DNA of 64,000 nt, taken from a virus. The position numbers and the translations under genes were made by a program. Shown piece by piece: positions 37,769 to 46,405 of this stretch. The stretch spans positions 1 through 64,000 of the IMG/VR virus record IMGVR_UViG_3300046665_000589. One strand, 5' to 3'. How positions within the stretch are numbered: position 1 is the first letter of the stretch; every line of letters begins with the position of its first letter. A model generated the notes under the pieces. The model made no database searches. It saw only the letters and a program-made list of their open reading frames with translations, and was not told the origin of the DNA.

Positions 37769-39532
37769 TTAGGAGAGAACTCGGCCGATGCGCTGCTGCA
37801 TGCGCGCGGCCAGCGCCTGGGTGGGGGACTGCTTATCGACGACTTTCAGCGCGACTGCCATCGGGAAGGTGCCAAAGCTCATGTTATGCGAGGCTACCGG
37901 CGCCAGCTCGCAGGCCACGTGCAGGTAGCCCAAGGCGTGCATGTAGTGGTCCTGGCCCTCGTTGGACTTGACCCAGGTCCAGACCAGGTCCATCAGCGAA
38001 TTCATGATCTGCTTGCGTTTCATGTCCAGGCAGTGCTCGACGAACAGGTCGTCCTCGGCGGTGCCGTCGGCCTGCCACAGGATCATGCCGGCCTTGATCT
38101 TGAACATCACCTCGTCGAAGTTGACGTCGCGGTGGATCTTGGCCTGGTTGATCGGCAGCTTGCCCTCGGCCGGCTCGGCGCCGACCATCACCAGTTCGTA
38201 GGTGGCCAGCTTCTTGTTGCTGTGGTAGACGCCGCCGTACAGGTTCTTGTCGGTCTTTTGCAGCTGGTGCACCAGGTAGGTCTCGGGCTGGCTGTCGATG
38301 ACCGTCATTAAGACCCGAAACTGCTTCTTCAGCTCGTTCTTGCGGGTCGGCAGCTTGGCCAGCAGCACGCGCTCCTTGTGCACCACCAACAAGCGCCCAA
38401 GCTCGTCCTTGCGGCCGACCGCCACCGTGCACATCTGGCCGACGTCGATGCCCATGTTGTGCAGGCTGTTGGAGGCCAGCACGCCGTCGGTGAATTTGCA
38501 GGCGGTCAGGTCGCTGCGAGTGAGCTGGCTCTCGGACTCGTTGGCGGTCTCGCCCAGCGCCTGGTTGACGAACTCGGCCCAGGTCTTGTACTTGGTGATT
38601 TCCTGCACCAGCGAGGGCACGGTGACCACGTTGGGCACGTCGAACGGGGTGACGTAGTAGCCGATCGCCTCGAAGTTGTCGTTCGGGTTCTCGCAGATCC
38701 AGGCGCGGTGCTCCGGCGCCAGGCTGGGCTCCTCGTCGCAGTGCGGGCAGTGCAGGCGCGCGTGCTGCCAGTCGATGGTCGGCAGGTTGTACTTGGTGAT
38801 GTCGCGCAGGCGCCCGCTGTAGCCGGGGATCTTGACGTCGGTGTGAAAGCTCGGCACGAAGGTGTGGCTGCAATGGTGGCAGATCACCGCGCGGCGGTAA
38901 CGCATCGCGCTCTTCATGTCCAGCGCGATGCCGTCGTCGTCGATGGTCGGGGTGCCGAACTTGCGGGTCAGCTTGTAGCGCGAGTGCTTGATGCGCGACT
39001 GGTACTGGCCCAAGGCGTCCGGATCTGAGCGGTCGACCTCGTCGTGGATCAGCATGTCGGCCGGCACCGAGATGGCCGAGGTCGTGCCCGAGCAGCCGCG
39101 GGTGTACAAGAGGCTGGTGCCGATGCCCTTGATCTCGCTGTTGTCGAGGTCGCGGTCGACCACCTCGCGCAAGTCGGGCGACTCGTCGATAATCGGGGTC
39201 AGGCGGGTCTTGGAGAAGTTGGCCGAGTCGGCCGCGAACGGCATCGTCAGGATCACCGAGAAGTACGGCATCACGCGGCAGATCGCCAGCGCATAGCGCG
39301 CCATCGCCTCGGACATGCCGATCTGGGCGCACTTCTGGACGTACACCACGCGGCTGGTGTCGGACAGAATGTCCTTCTGGAATTCGTGGTCGACGAAGGA
39401 GAAGCGGTTGCCCTTGAGGTAGGTCTTGTCCTCGAGATAGCGCACGACGTCGCCCAGGTCGTAGCTGTTGAACAGCGCCGTTTCCAGGCGCGTCAGGTGG
39501 GCCCGGATTTCGGGATCGTCGACCAGGTTCAT
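37769..39532 (-). CDS. terL: terminase large subunit (lambda gpA-like)
   Basis: KCAQIGMSE Walker A variant, LIHDEVD Walker B, GTPT, CHHC/CPHC Zn motif, MGIDVG nuclease, DHY. Confidence 0.9.
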   Translation of the reverse strand: MNLVDDPEIRAHLTRLETALFNSYDLGDVVRYLEDKTYLKGNRFSFVDHEFQKDILSDTSRVVYVQKCAQIGMSEAMARYALAICRVMPYFSVILTMPFAADSANFSKTRLTPIIDESPDLREVVDRDLDNSEIKGIGTSLLYTRGCSGTTSAISVPADMLIHDEVDRSDPDALGQYQSRIKHSRYKLTRKFGTPTIDDDGIALDMKSAMRYRRAVICHHCSHTFVPSFHTDVKIPGYSGRLRDITKYNLPTIDWQHARLHCPHCDEEPSLAPEHRAWICENPNDNFEAIGYYVTPFDVPNVVTVPSLVQEITKYKTWAEFVNQALGETANESESQLTRSDLTACKFTDGVLASNSLHNMGIDVGQMCTVAVGRKDELGRLLVVHKERVLLAKLPTRKNELKKQFRVLMTVIDSQPETYLVHQLQKTDKNLYGGVYHSNKKLATYELVMVGAEPAEGKLPINQAKIHRDVNFDEVMFKIKAGMILWQADGTAEDDLFVEHCLDMKRKQIMNSLMDLVWTWVKSNEGQDHYMHALGYLHVACELAPVASHNMSFGTFPMAVALKVVDKQSPTQALAARMQQRIGRVLS

Positions 39533-39702
39533 GGTTTGCGCGAGTTACGGAGCTCACACACGATGGCGCCGGTCAAATAGCTGACAGACAGACCAAGTAA
39601 CCGATCGTTTTGTACGTCAAGGAGCATTAGTAGTATGAGCAGGGCAACCAGTGGCGTCAGGATCAGTGCCAGTTCGCGGATAGTGTCGAGGATGATGTTC
39701 AT
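39529..39702 (-). CDS. small membrane protein (57 aa)
   Basis: Read by eye; ATGA overlaps at both ends; two hydrophobic segments. Confidence 0.6.
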   Translation of the reverse strand: MNIILDTIRELALILTPLVALLILLMLLDVQNDRLLGLSVSYLTGAIVCELRNSRKP

Positions 39703-40127
39703 TTCGGCGTGCCGTCCGCGTTCAGGTAGTCGCTGTAGAGGTCGAAGAACCGGCGCTGCTGCGGCTCGGGCAGATCCTGGAGGGTCTTCATGAAGGCGGC
39801 CTCGTAGCGCTTGAGGCGCTCGGCGTCATACACCACGCCCATTAGCTTGGTCAGCTCCTTGAGCATGGCGCCGACCGAGTTGAACACCTGGGCGCGCTGG
39901 TTGGCCGGCACGTCGTCGTCGTCCTGGATCTTGGCCAGCAGGGCCTTGCCGGCGCGGTACTGCGCGCCCAGCTCGTCGCCCATGTTCAGGCTGCGCGGGT
40001 CCAGCTGCAGCTTCTTGTCGATCTCGTTGCGCAGGCGCAGCAGGTCGTCGTCGCTCAGGTCCTTGAGCAGGTCAACCGCGGGCGCCTTGTCGGGCTTGGG
40101 GGCCAGGCTGTGGTTTTTCAGGGTCAT
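39699..40127 (-). CDS. putative terminase small subunit
   Basis: Helical 142 aa protein upstream of terL; assignment by position only. Confidence 0.5.
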   Translation of the reverse strand: MTLKNHSLAPKPDKAPAVDLLKDLSDDDLLRLRNEIDKKLQLDPRSLNMGDELGAQYRAGKALLAKIQDDDDVPANQRAQVFNSVGAMLKELTKLMGVVYDAERLKRYEAAFMKTLQDLPEPQQRRFFDLYSDYLNADGTPK

Positions 40128-40462
40128 GGCTTGGCGTTCCGGTAGCGGTAGATGGTGCGTTCGCTGCAGTGGGCCTGGCGCGCGGCCTCGGTCACGCTCA
40201 GGCGAGTGTCGTCGGTGGCGCGGGTGCGTGCGGCTACTTCGCGGCGCAGCGCTTCACGCGCCTCGAGCAGTTCCATTTCTTCTGGCCGTGACCGTTTGCC
40301 CTCGCGGGACGGCGGCGGCTGGCGCTGCACGTCCATTTTCTTGAGCAGGCGGCAGATGTGGCCCTCGGATACGCCCAGTTTGCGTGCGACGTCGCGGTTG
40401 GTCAGCTCGCGGCGGACGATGGCGGGGATGAGCGGCTTGAGCCGGTCGCGTAGGGTTTCCAT
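40124..40462 (-). CDS. double HTH DNA-binding protein
   Basis: TNRDVARKLGVSEGHICRLLK and SVTEAARQAHCSERTIYRYR. Confidence 0.75.
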   Translation of the reverse strand: METLRDRLKPLIPAIVRRELTNRDVARKLGVSEGHICRLLKKMDVQRQPPPSREGKRSRPEEMELLEAREALRREVAARTRATDDTRLSVTEAARQAHCSERTIYRYRNAKP

Positions 40463-41141
40463 GCAATAAGTATGCCAGCTTTGTCGGGATTTGCCAATTT
40501 TGTGCAAAAGTTGCGCAAAATTTTCAAAAATTTTTGAAAATCGGGTGGTTTTGGCTGTTTTGTTGCAGAAAAGCAACAAAAAGTTTGAAAAATTGCTGGA
40601 AATGGCGGAGGGACCTGGTAGGCCAGGCGCCGGCAACAGGCCAAAAGCTCCTATACGTCACCCAAGGCACGATCGGCACCGCCCGCGTGCGTTCCGTCGT
40701 CCGGGTTCGCGCGCCCCGCCACGGGCCTAAAAACGGCCTTGCTGGGCGTGGCACACTTCTTGCTTTAACCGGCCGGGCCATAGGCTAGGCCTATCAACTT
40801 GACAGTGGCCATAGCCTGGCACAGTTCATGCTTAAGCGCCGCTGACCAGTACAGTTACCAGTACAGTTACCAATACAGCGCCGGTACAGTGGACCAGTAC
40901 AGCGGCACTGTACGGGTGCGCCAGCCGACCTCGCCAGCCGACCCGTGCGGCCGCACGATAGGGAAAAGCTATCACCCCGATTAATAAAATAAATTGGTAA
41001 AAGTAAGTTATTCCCGGCATACTAAGGGCTCAGTAGCGGTGCGGCTGGTCCGGCGCACCGTGGGCGCTAGCTTTTGCCCCTGTAGTTTCCCATAACCGTT
41101 GTCCGGCGCACTGTGCGCCATCTATCCAAGGAGCCCTTACC
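40463..41141. promoter_or_regulatory. divergent control region; candidate packaging (cos/pac) region
   Basis: Non-coding, A/T tracts, 22-bp palindrome 40520-40541, TTGGCA-17-CATACT (-), TTGGTA-18-CATACT (+) with AT-rich upstream element. Confidence 0.6.
40846..40902 (+). repeat. five CCAGTACAG-type direct repeats, 11-13 bp period
   Basis: ccagtacagtta ccagtacagtta ccaatacagcg ccggtacagtgga ccagtacagcg. Confidence 0.85.
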
Positions 41142-41837
41142 ATGAAACTCACCCACATCTCCGCTGTCCTGTTGTCGCAATTCGTCGCTGCCGATGCCGG
41201 TTCAGTCGAAGCGCAACACGATGCCCGCTTGTGCGCCGTCTATACCGCCTACCGCACCGCCCTCAAGGACGGCAACAAAACCCAGCTGATGCTTGTGCAG
41301 GCCGCGTGCGACAAGTACGCCACGCCCAAGGCTTGCTTGGAACTGGTTGGCGCGGCCAAGGTCAACGCCGCTGCGCGCCGCGCCCATGCCACTTATGCAG
41401 CCTACAGGCTGGCGCTGGCGCAGGTTGGCATTCCGTCGCTGATGAAGGGCGCGGACATTGACGCGGTCGAAGCGCAGGCGGCGGCGCTGGCCGGGGAATT
41501 CGTCGAAGTCATCACGGTAGCGCTGACGCCCGAAACCAAGCCGGAAGCATCGGCAGAAGAAAAGGCAGCGGCCAAGGCCGCCAAGGAAGCGGAAAAGGCC
41601 AAGGCCGCGAAGGAAGCGGAGAAAGCGCACCGTGCGGAGGTGCAGGCAGCGGCGCAGAAGATCGCCGAAACCAACGCGCTGACCTTGGACGACATGGCGC
41701 GCGCCGTCATCAACGCCATGCGCGCCGGTGCGCTGTCGGCGGAACTGTTGCAGGAGCTCGACAGCGCGCTGGACGCAGTGGCCGCTACGGTCGTGCCGGT
41801 TGTCGTCAAAGTCGAGCCGGAACACGCCCCGACCTGA
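41142..41837 (+). CDS. Ala/Lys-rich hypothetical protein, first early-type gene
   Basis: RBS AAGGAG; KAAKEAEKA repeats. Confidence 0.8.
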   Translation: MKLTHISAVLLSQFVAADAGSVEAQHDARLCAVYTAYRTALKDGNKTQLMLVQAACDKYATPKACLELVGAAKVNAAARRAHATYAAYRLALAQVGIPSLMKGADIDAVEAQAAALAGEFVEVITVALTPETKPEASAEEKAAAKAAKEAEKAKAAKEAEKAHRAEVQAAAQKIAETNALTLDDMARAVINAMRAGALSAELLQELDSALDAVAATVVPVVVKVEPEHAPT

Positions 41838-42560
41838 TCCGCTTGCCCCGCATGGGGCATTTACCAAGGGCCGCGCGCCCTTGGTAAGTGTCTCAAGTCC
41901 AAGCATAGCGCTTGGCCGCGTCGGGTTCCCGCTTCGCTGGCGTCGCTTCGCCACTGTCGCGTGTCTCCTTCGTGTCGCTCTTAGCTGGCAGCAGTCGCGC
42001 CAGCAGACAATTTGATCCCGCCAACCTGACGCCAGTCGCGCCAGTGTCGCGCCCTTGCTTCGCGCCGTTTCCCTCGGTAGCGTCGCTTGGAGCGCTTCAT
42101 GGGCAACGCTGGCAGGGCGCGGGAATTGAAGCTTAAAAGCAAGAGTAGATATCGGTACAGTCAGCTAGATGAACGATGATATCGGATTGCGGAGCATAGA
42201 GCATTGACGCGGGCAGCAACTAGGCCAGCGCACAGCGCGCCGACAGTGATACGGTCGGCTACAGGGTGGGCCAGCAAGGTCATACCGCAGCGCGTAGATG
42301 CCTGATCCTTCGGGAGCTAAACCGGCCACACCGGGCACGCAAATAACGCTAGTCACTGGACACATTCGATCCTTGCCAAGGCCAGCCACATCGGCTGGCA
42401 AATCCTAGACGGCATGCAAGCCGGACTAGGCCGCGATGAGCGGGACCGCTTTGGCAAGCGGCCATACGCCTTGCCCTCCCCGGCGTCGAAATAGGGGAGG
42501 GGGAATACCCTGCGCATTGTGGACTGTTCAGTGCGCAGTCATTCCAGACAGGAGGACCAC
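41838..42560 (+). ncRNA. candidate large structured non-coding RNA
   Basis: ~720 nt with no credible ORF, many hairpins; no known family recognised. Confidence 0.45.
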
Positions 42561-42869
42561 ATGGACCTGCAATCGGCCTTGCGCGGCATCCTGCCGCAGA
42601 TCACGCCAGCAACACCGGCAGCACCGGCCAAACCGAAGGCGAAGGCGAAGGCGAAGGCGAAGGCGAAACTGCCGCGGCGCCTGGCCGTCGGTAGTTTCGA
42701 CTGCGGCCGCAAGGCGTTCGACACTACCGGCACGGTCGGCCGCTTCGACCCGAGCCGGCCGCCGCCGGTGCACCCGCCCGGCTATTCCGAGCACCGGTGC
42801 GACCCGCACCGCATCCACCTGAGCACCACCCGCGCGCTGCGCCTGTGGTCGAAAACCGAAGTCAAATAG
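42561..42869 (+). CDS. hypothetical protein with (KA)n tract
   Basis: RBS AGGAGG; tandem GAAGGC x5. Confidence 0.75.
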   Translation: MDLQSALRGILPQITPATPAAPAKPKAKAKAKAKAKLPRRLAVGSFDCGRKAFDTTGTVGRFDPSRPPPVHPPGYSEHRCDPHRIHLSTTRALRLWSKTEVK

Positions 42870-42878
42870 GAGAACATC

Positions 42879-43073
42879 ATGAAACGCATCACCGTTTTCG
42901 GCTTTGCCGTGATCCACGCGGCGCTGCTGCTGTTGCTGGACCAGATCGCCAGCGAGAATTTCCTGGGCTACGGCCTGCTGCTGCGCGGGCTGGTCATGGT
43001 CATGCTCGCGGCCGATGTCGTGGTCGCCTACGAGGCGCTGCGCGGGCTGTGGCGGGCCGAGGTGCGGGCATGA
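42879..43073 (+). CDS. small membrane protein
   Basis: RBS AGGAG, two TM-like segments. Confidence 0.75.
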   Translation: MKRITVFGFAVIHAALLLLLDQIASENFLGYGLLLRGLVMVMLAADVVVAYEALRGLWRAEVRA

Positions 43074-43144
43074 ACCGCGGCCTGGCGGTGGGTTTGCTGA
43101 TGCTGGCCTGCATGGCGGTACCGGCGCTGTTGCGGTTGCTGTAG
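43070..43144 (+). CDS. 24-aa hydrophobic peptide
   Basis: ATGA overlap, RBS GAGG; MNRGLAVGLLMLACMAVPALLRLL. Confidence 0.45.
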   Translation: MNRGLAVGLLMLACMAVPALLRLL

Positions 43145-43173
43145 AGTAAGGACAGGGGCGGTGTCGGTTTCGA

Positions 43174-43202
43174 TTGAAACACGCCCCTGTTCGATGTAAG
43201 TT
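43174..43202 (+). promoter_or_regulatory. sigma70-type promoter within an inverted repeat
   Basis: TTGAAA-17 bp-TAAGTT; IR ACAGGGGCG/CGCCCCTGT 43152-43190. Confidence 0.5.
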
Positions 43203-43231
43203 ATTTAAACCAAAATAAAAGGGGAAATTGT

Positions 43232-43429
43232 ATGTACAAAGCACGCAAAATGCTGCCCAAGGAATTGCAGGCAGCAGACAACAAAGGTCGCCAGCGCGTT
43301 TTCTGCGTTGAGCACGACAGCGGCAAGGTTGTCAGGGCTAACCTGACTTGGCCGGAGGCCTGCACGGAGGCGCGCGCCCGCACGCGCAACGAGGTCGAGC
43401 GCAGCTTCGCCGACCTCTGCCCGGCCTAG
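43232..43429 (+). CDS. hypothetical protein
   Basis: RBS AAGGGG. Confidence 0.65.
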   Translation: MYKARKMLPKELQAADNKGRQRVFCVEHDSGKVVRANLTWPEACTEARARTRNEVERSFADLCPA

Positions 43430-43431
43430 CA

Positions 43432-43486
43432 GGACGAAACCCGGCCGCGCGCCGGGTCTGTGCGTGTGACGCACACTGACGAGTCC
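43432..43486 (+). ncRNA. hammerhead ribozyme, type II
   Basis: GGAC-GAA-ACCCGGC/GCCGGGU-C-UGUGCGU/ACGCACA-CUGACGA-GUCC: complete catalytic core and three stems. Confidence 0.93.
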
Positions 43487-43505
43487 ACCCACCACGGAGC
43501 CCACC

Positions 43506-43805
43506 ATGACCACCCAAATCACCACCTTCAACACCGGCCGCCAGTACAGCGACAAGGGTCAGCGCATCGCCTGCGCGCTGCTGCCCGACGGGCGCGTGAT
43601 GTTCGCCGACGTCGACCGCAACCTCGACGGCATCACGCAGGGCGCCATTGCGCCCGGCTTGCAGGCCGGCGCCGACCTGCGCGAGTTCGTGATGAACTCG
43701 TACGACTATGGCGCGTACAACAGCGGCTGCCACGAGTGCACCAGCGGACAGGCCGCCCGCGACCAGATGATGGCCGAACTCAAGGCCGCAGCACTGAAGC
43801 TGTAA
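43506..43805 (+). CDS. hypothetical protein
   Basis: RBS GGAG; FNTGRQYS..GQRI. Confidence 0.8.
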   Translation: MTTQITTFNTGRQYSDKGQRIACALLPDGRVMFADVDRNLDGITQGAIAPGLQAGADLREFVMNSYDYGAYNSGCHECTSGQAARDQMMAELKAAALKL

Positions 43806-43830
43806 CCAGACAGCAACACCCGAGCAACAA

Positions 43831-43853
43831 GGCCGCCGCGAGCGGCCATTTTT
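43831..43853 (+). terminator. putative intrinsic terminator
   Basis: GGCCGC-CGCGA-GCGGCC-ATTTTT. Confidence 0.55.
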
Positions 43854-43861
43854 ACGCCACC

Positions 43862-44976
43862 ATGAAGACACTCATCCAAAAAATACAGGGAGGCATCATG
43901 CATCACCTGCTGTCGGAGCGCCTGCCGCGCCCCATGCCCACCGGCGAGAACCACCTGACCCCGCTCGACCAATTCACCATCACCGCAGGCACCACGCCGT
44001 TCGCACTGTGCAAGCAGCACGGCCACTACGACATCGTCATCAACCTTGAGCTCGAGGTGGGCTATTTCCGCCACCAGAAGGGCCTGTACGAGGGCCGCTT
44101 CTGGCTGGCCGGGCGCACCTTCCTGGCAGCCGAGCACCTGCTGCCGCGCGACGTGCAGAGCGGCCTGGCCAAGCTCGGCTACGAGGTGGCGTGATGAGCG
44201 CCGCCCGACTTTTCCGCGGCGAGGCCCGCGAAGACATCCTCTTCCACGATGTCGCCGTCTGCCACTATTTCAGGTTCCGCGGCCACGTGTATGAGAAAGT
44301 CAGCACCGACAAGGGTCGCCCTTGGGGTTGCGGCGAGCGCGAAATTCGCACGTTTGCAGCCGACGACATCGTGCAGGTGGCGAAATGAACCCCGACTATG
44401 CCAACCTGTTTCTGCTGACCGACGCGCTCAAGCGTCTGTTCGCAGCCGAGTTCAAGGGTGAAGGCAGCCAGCGCCGCGCGATCGCCGAGTACGACTCGAC
44501 CCGCGCGCGCGTCCAGAAGGTCAACCCGGAAGCCTTCACCGCGTTCTGCCAAGCCTTTATGGTGCGGCCGGACGCCACCGGCGCTGACATCCTCAAGGGA
44601 GGCTCGTGATGTTGGCCTTCGTTAGTCCTGGCAGGTGGCGCATCCCTGCGTGGAAGGGCGCCTTCGCCGTGCGCGTGCACCGCCGCCCAGCCGCATGGGA
44701 ATTGCAGGACGCGCAAGGTCGCCTCACCTTCGGTGACGGCTTCGAGTCGCTCGCGCACCTGCGCGCCTGGCTGAAGGAGGCAGCATGAAACGCGCCGCCA
44801 TCGCCTTCAAGCACATCGGCATTGGCCAGTGCTTCACCTGCGAGCTCCAGGTCTGGACCAAGCTCAACGAGCAGGAGGCCAGCTCGGACACCTGCCGCGC
44901 CACCTTCCCGCCCGACCACCCGGTTACTCAGGGCACCACCGTGCCGTCACCACGGAAGCCCCAGACCTCGCGGTAG
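43862..44976 (+). other. five coupled hypothetical CDS (43862-44194, 44191-44388, 44385-44609, 44606-44788, 44785-44976)
   Basis: Stop/start overlaps with RBSs. Confidence 0.7.
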
Positions 44977-45644
44977 GTAGGCTGGAACACGAAGCGCACC
45001 GCGCCTGCCTTCCACTTGCGCAGGCGCTGCAGATAATCATCGGCCACGTGGCAGGCCACTGGCACGCTGACCCACGCGCCCTCGTACCAGTGCCACTCCA
45101 TGCCCTCTACCGGGGCCGGGCGCGGCGGCAACCCCGACGCCTTGCGGCTGGCGCTGCGCGGCCTGCGCACCTTCGTCAGCACAGGCGGAGGCACCTCGAC
45201 GCCGCGGCGCAGCTCGCGCTCTTCGGCCTCGATCGCCAGCACGTGGTGCAGGTCCTGCATGTAGTAGTCGCGCGCGTGCGCCTGCCAGTTGAGCAGGCAC
45301 TGCTCCGGCGTGCTAAAGCCCATCTTCTCCAGCGGGTGGTAGAACTTGCCGCCGCGCGCGGTCTCGCGGTAGCGCAGCCGCTTATGGCGGGCCGGCATCA
45401 GGTTGTCGATCGAGCAGTTGAAAGGGTTGCCGTCCAGCTGCACCAGCGGGAACTTCGGCCAGTTGCCGTAGTGCAGGCACCAGGCGATATCCGGCGCCGC
45501 AAGCCGCTCGCCGTTGATCGTCGCCCACAAGCGGCCGGCGGTCACATAGGACAATTCTTGGTAGGACTTGTCCGCAAGGATGCGGTAAATCGACTTCGAG
45601 CCCGTAAAGTAGTGCGGAACATGCTCAGCAGGTAGGTTATACAT
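44928..45644 (-). CDS. degenerate HNH-endonuclease-like protein
   Basis: DIAWCLHYGNWPKFPLVQLDGNPFNCSIDNL matches the phage HNH pattern but Gln replaces the catalytic His. Confidence 0.6.
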   Translation of the reverse strand: MYNLPAEHVPHYFTGSKSIYRILADKSYQELSYVTAGRLWATINGERLAAPDIAWCLHYGNWPKFPLVQLDGNPFNCSIDNLMPARHKRLRYRETARGGKFYHPLEKMGFSTPEQCLLNWQAHARDYYMQDLHHVLAIEAEERELRRGVEVPPPVLTKVRRPRSASRKASGLPPRPAPVEGMEWHWYEGAWVSVPVACHVADDYLQRLRKWKAGAVRFVFQPTYREVWGFRGDGTVVP

Positions 45645-46198
45645 GGCAGTCTTATATAAGAGTGGAAGAAATACCACAGTACGAAAGTGGTAAGTCGTAT
45701 TGTACTCCGCAAGCCTCTAGAGGGCAAGTAAGACTGTATGTAAGTCAGTATTCTACTAACTATGGTCGCATTACCCTCCCGTCAAAATTTGCCAATGGGT
45801 CATTTTCGTTTTTTCGTGATTTTTGGCCTTTTTCCGTTTTTTACCAACTTATTTTGCCCGTTTTTGGCCCACTTTTTGGCCGTACTTGCGTTTTGGCTTG
45901 CTTATAGCGTTTTTAAAAATCCCTCTCAGTTTGGTATAAAAGCCACGTAAGTGTGTGCAATGTCAGTTCAGTTATATTGACAGGGTCCGAACTGCTCAAA
46001 CTTACGTGCGAGCTTATATAACTTACTTTGTCAAACTTTCGCACTTTTTGCCGGAGTTAGAAAAACAACTTGTATTGCCTTGCAAAAATGTTGTCAAAAA
46101 GTCTTGCATTATCACCCAACATTTCGGCCTCTTACAGCACCCGCTTAAGTGCTGTTATTTTATTCCCAGCTACTTTGGTATTTTTTTGGAGCTCTTAC
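45645..46198. other. AT-rich non-coding tract (candidate unwinding element)
   Basis: Sharp GC drop, T-tracts at 45800-45915. Confidence 0.6.
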
Positions 46199-46405
46199 AT
46201 GTTGAAAAATTTGTTCCGTCCGCCTTCTCCGGAGGCTGTTCGCCACGAAATGATTGCCGAAACAGCAAGACAGCTACTGCACGCCGAGGGACGCTTGCGC
46301 CAGGCCCAGGCCGACCGCGACACCTATGACCAGCTGCTGACCCACCTGAAAAGCCTTAATTTTCAAGGACTTAGCTCGGAGGCCGCTGTCAATGACAGTC
46401 AATGA
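46199..46405 (+). CDS. hypothetical coiled-coil protein
   Basis: RBS GGAG, MLKNLFRPP. Confidence 0.6.
   Translation: MLKNLFRPPSPEAVRHEMIAETARQLLHAEGRLRQAQADRDTYDQLLTHLKSLNFQGLSSEAAVNDSQ

Noticed and set aside
40846-40902. Possible mini-CRISPR or YQYS-repeat ORF
   Set aside because: Period 11-13 bp, no spacers; overlapping ORFs lack RBS and look incidental
45662-46329. ORFs in the AT-rich tract (45662, 45762, 45955)
   Set aside because: Phe/Leu-rich translations of T-tracts with atypical codons and no RBS
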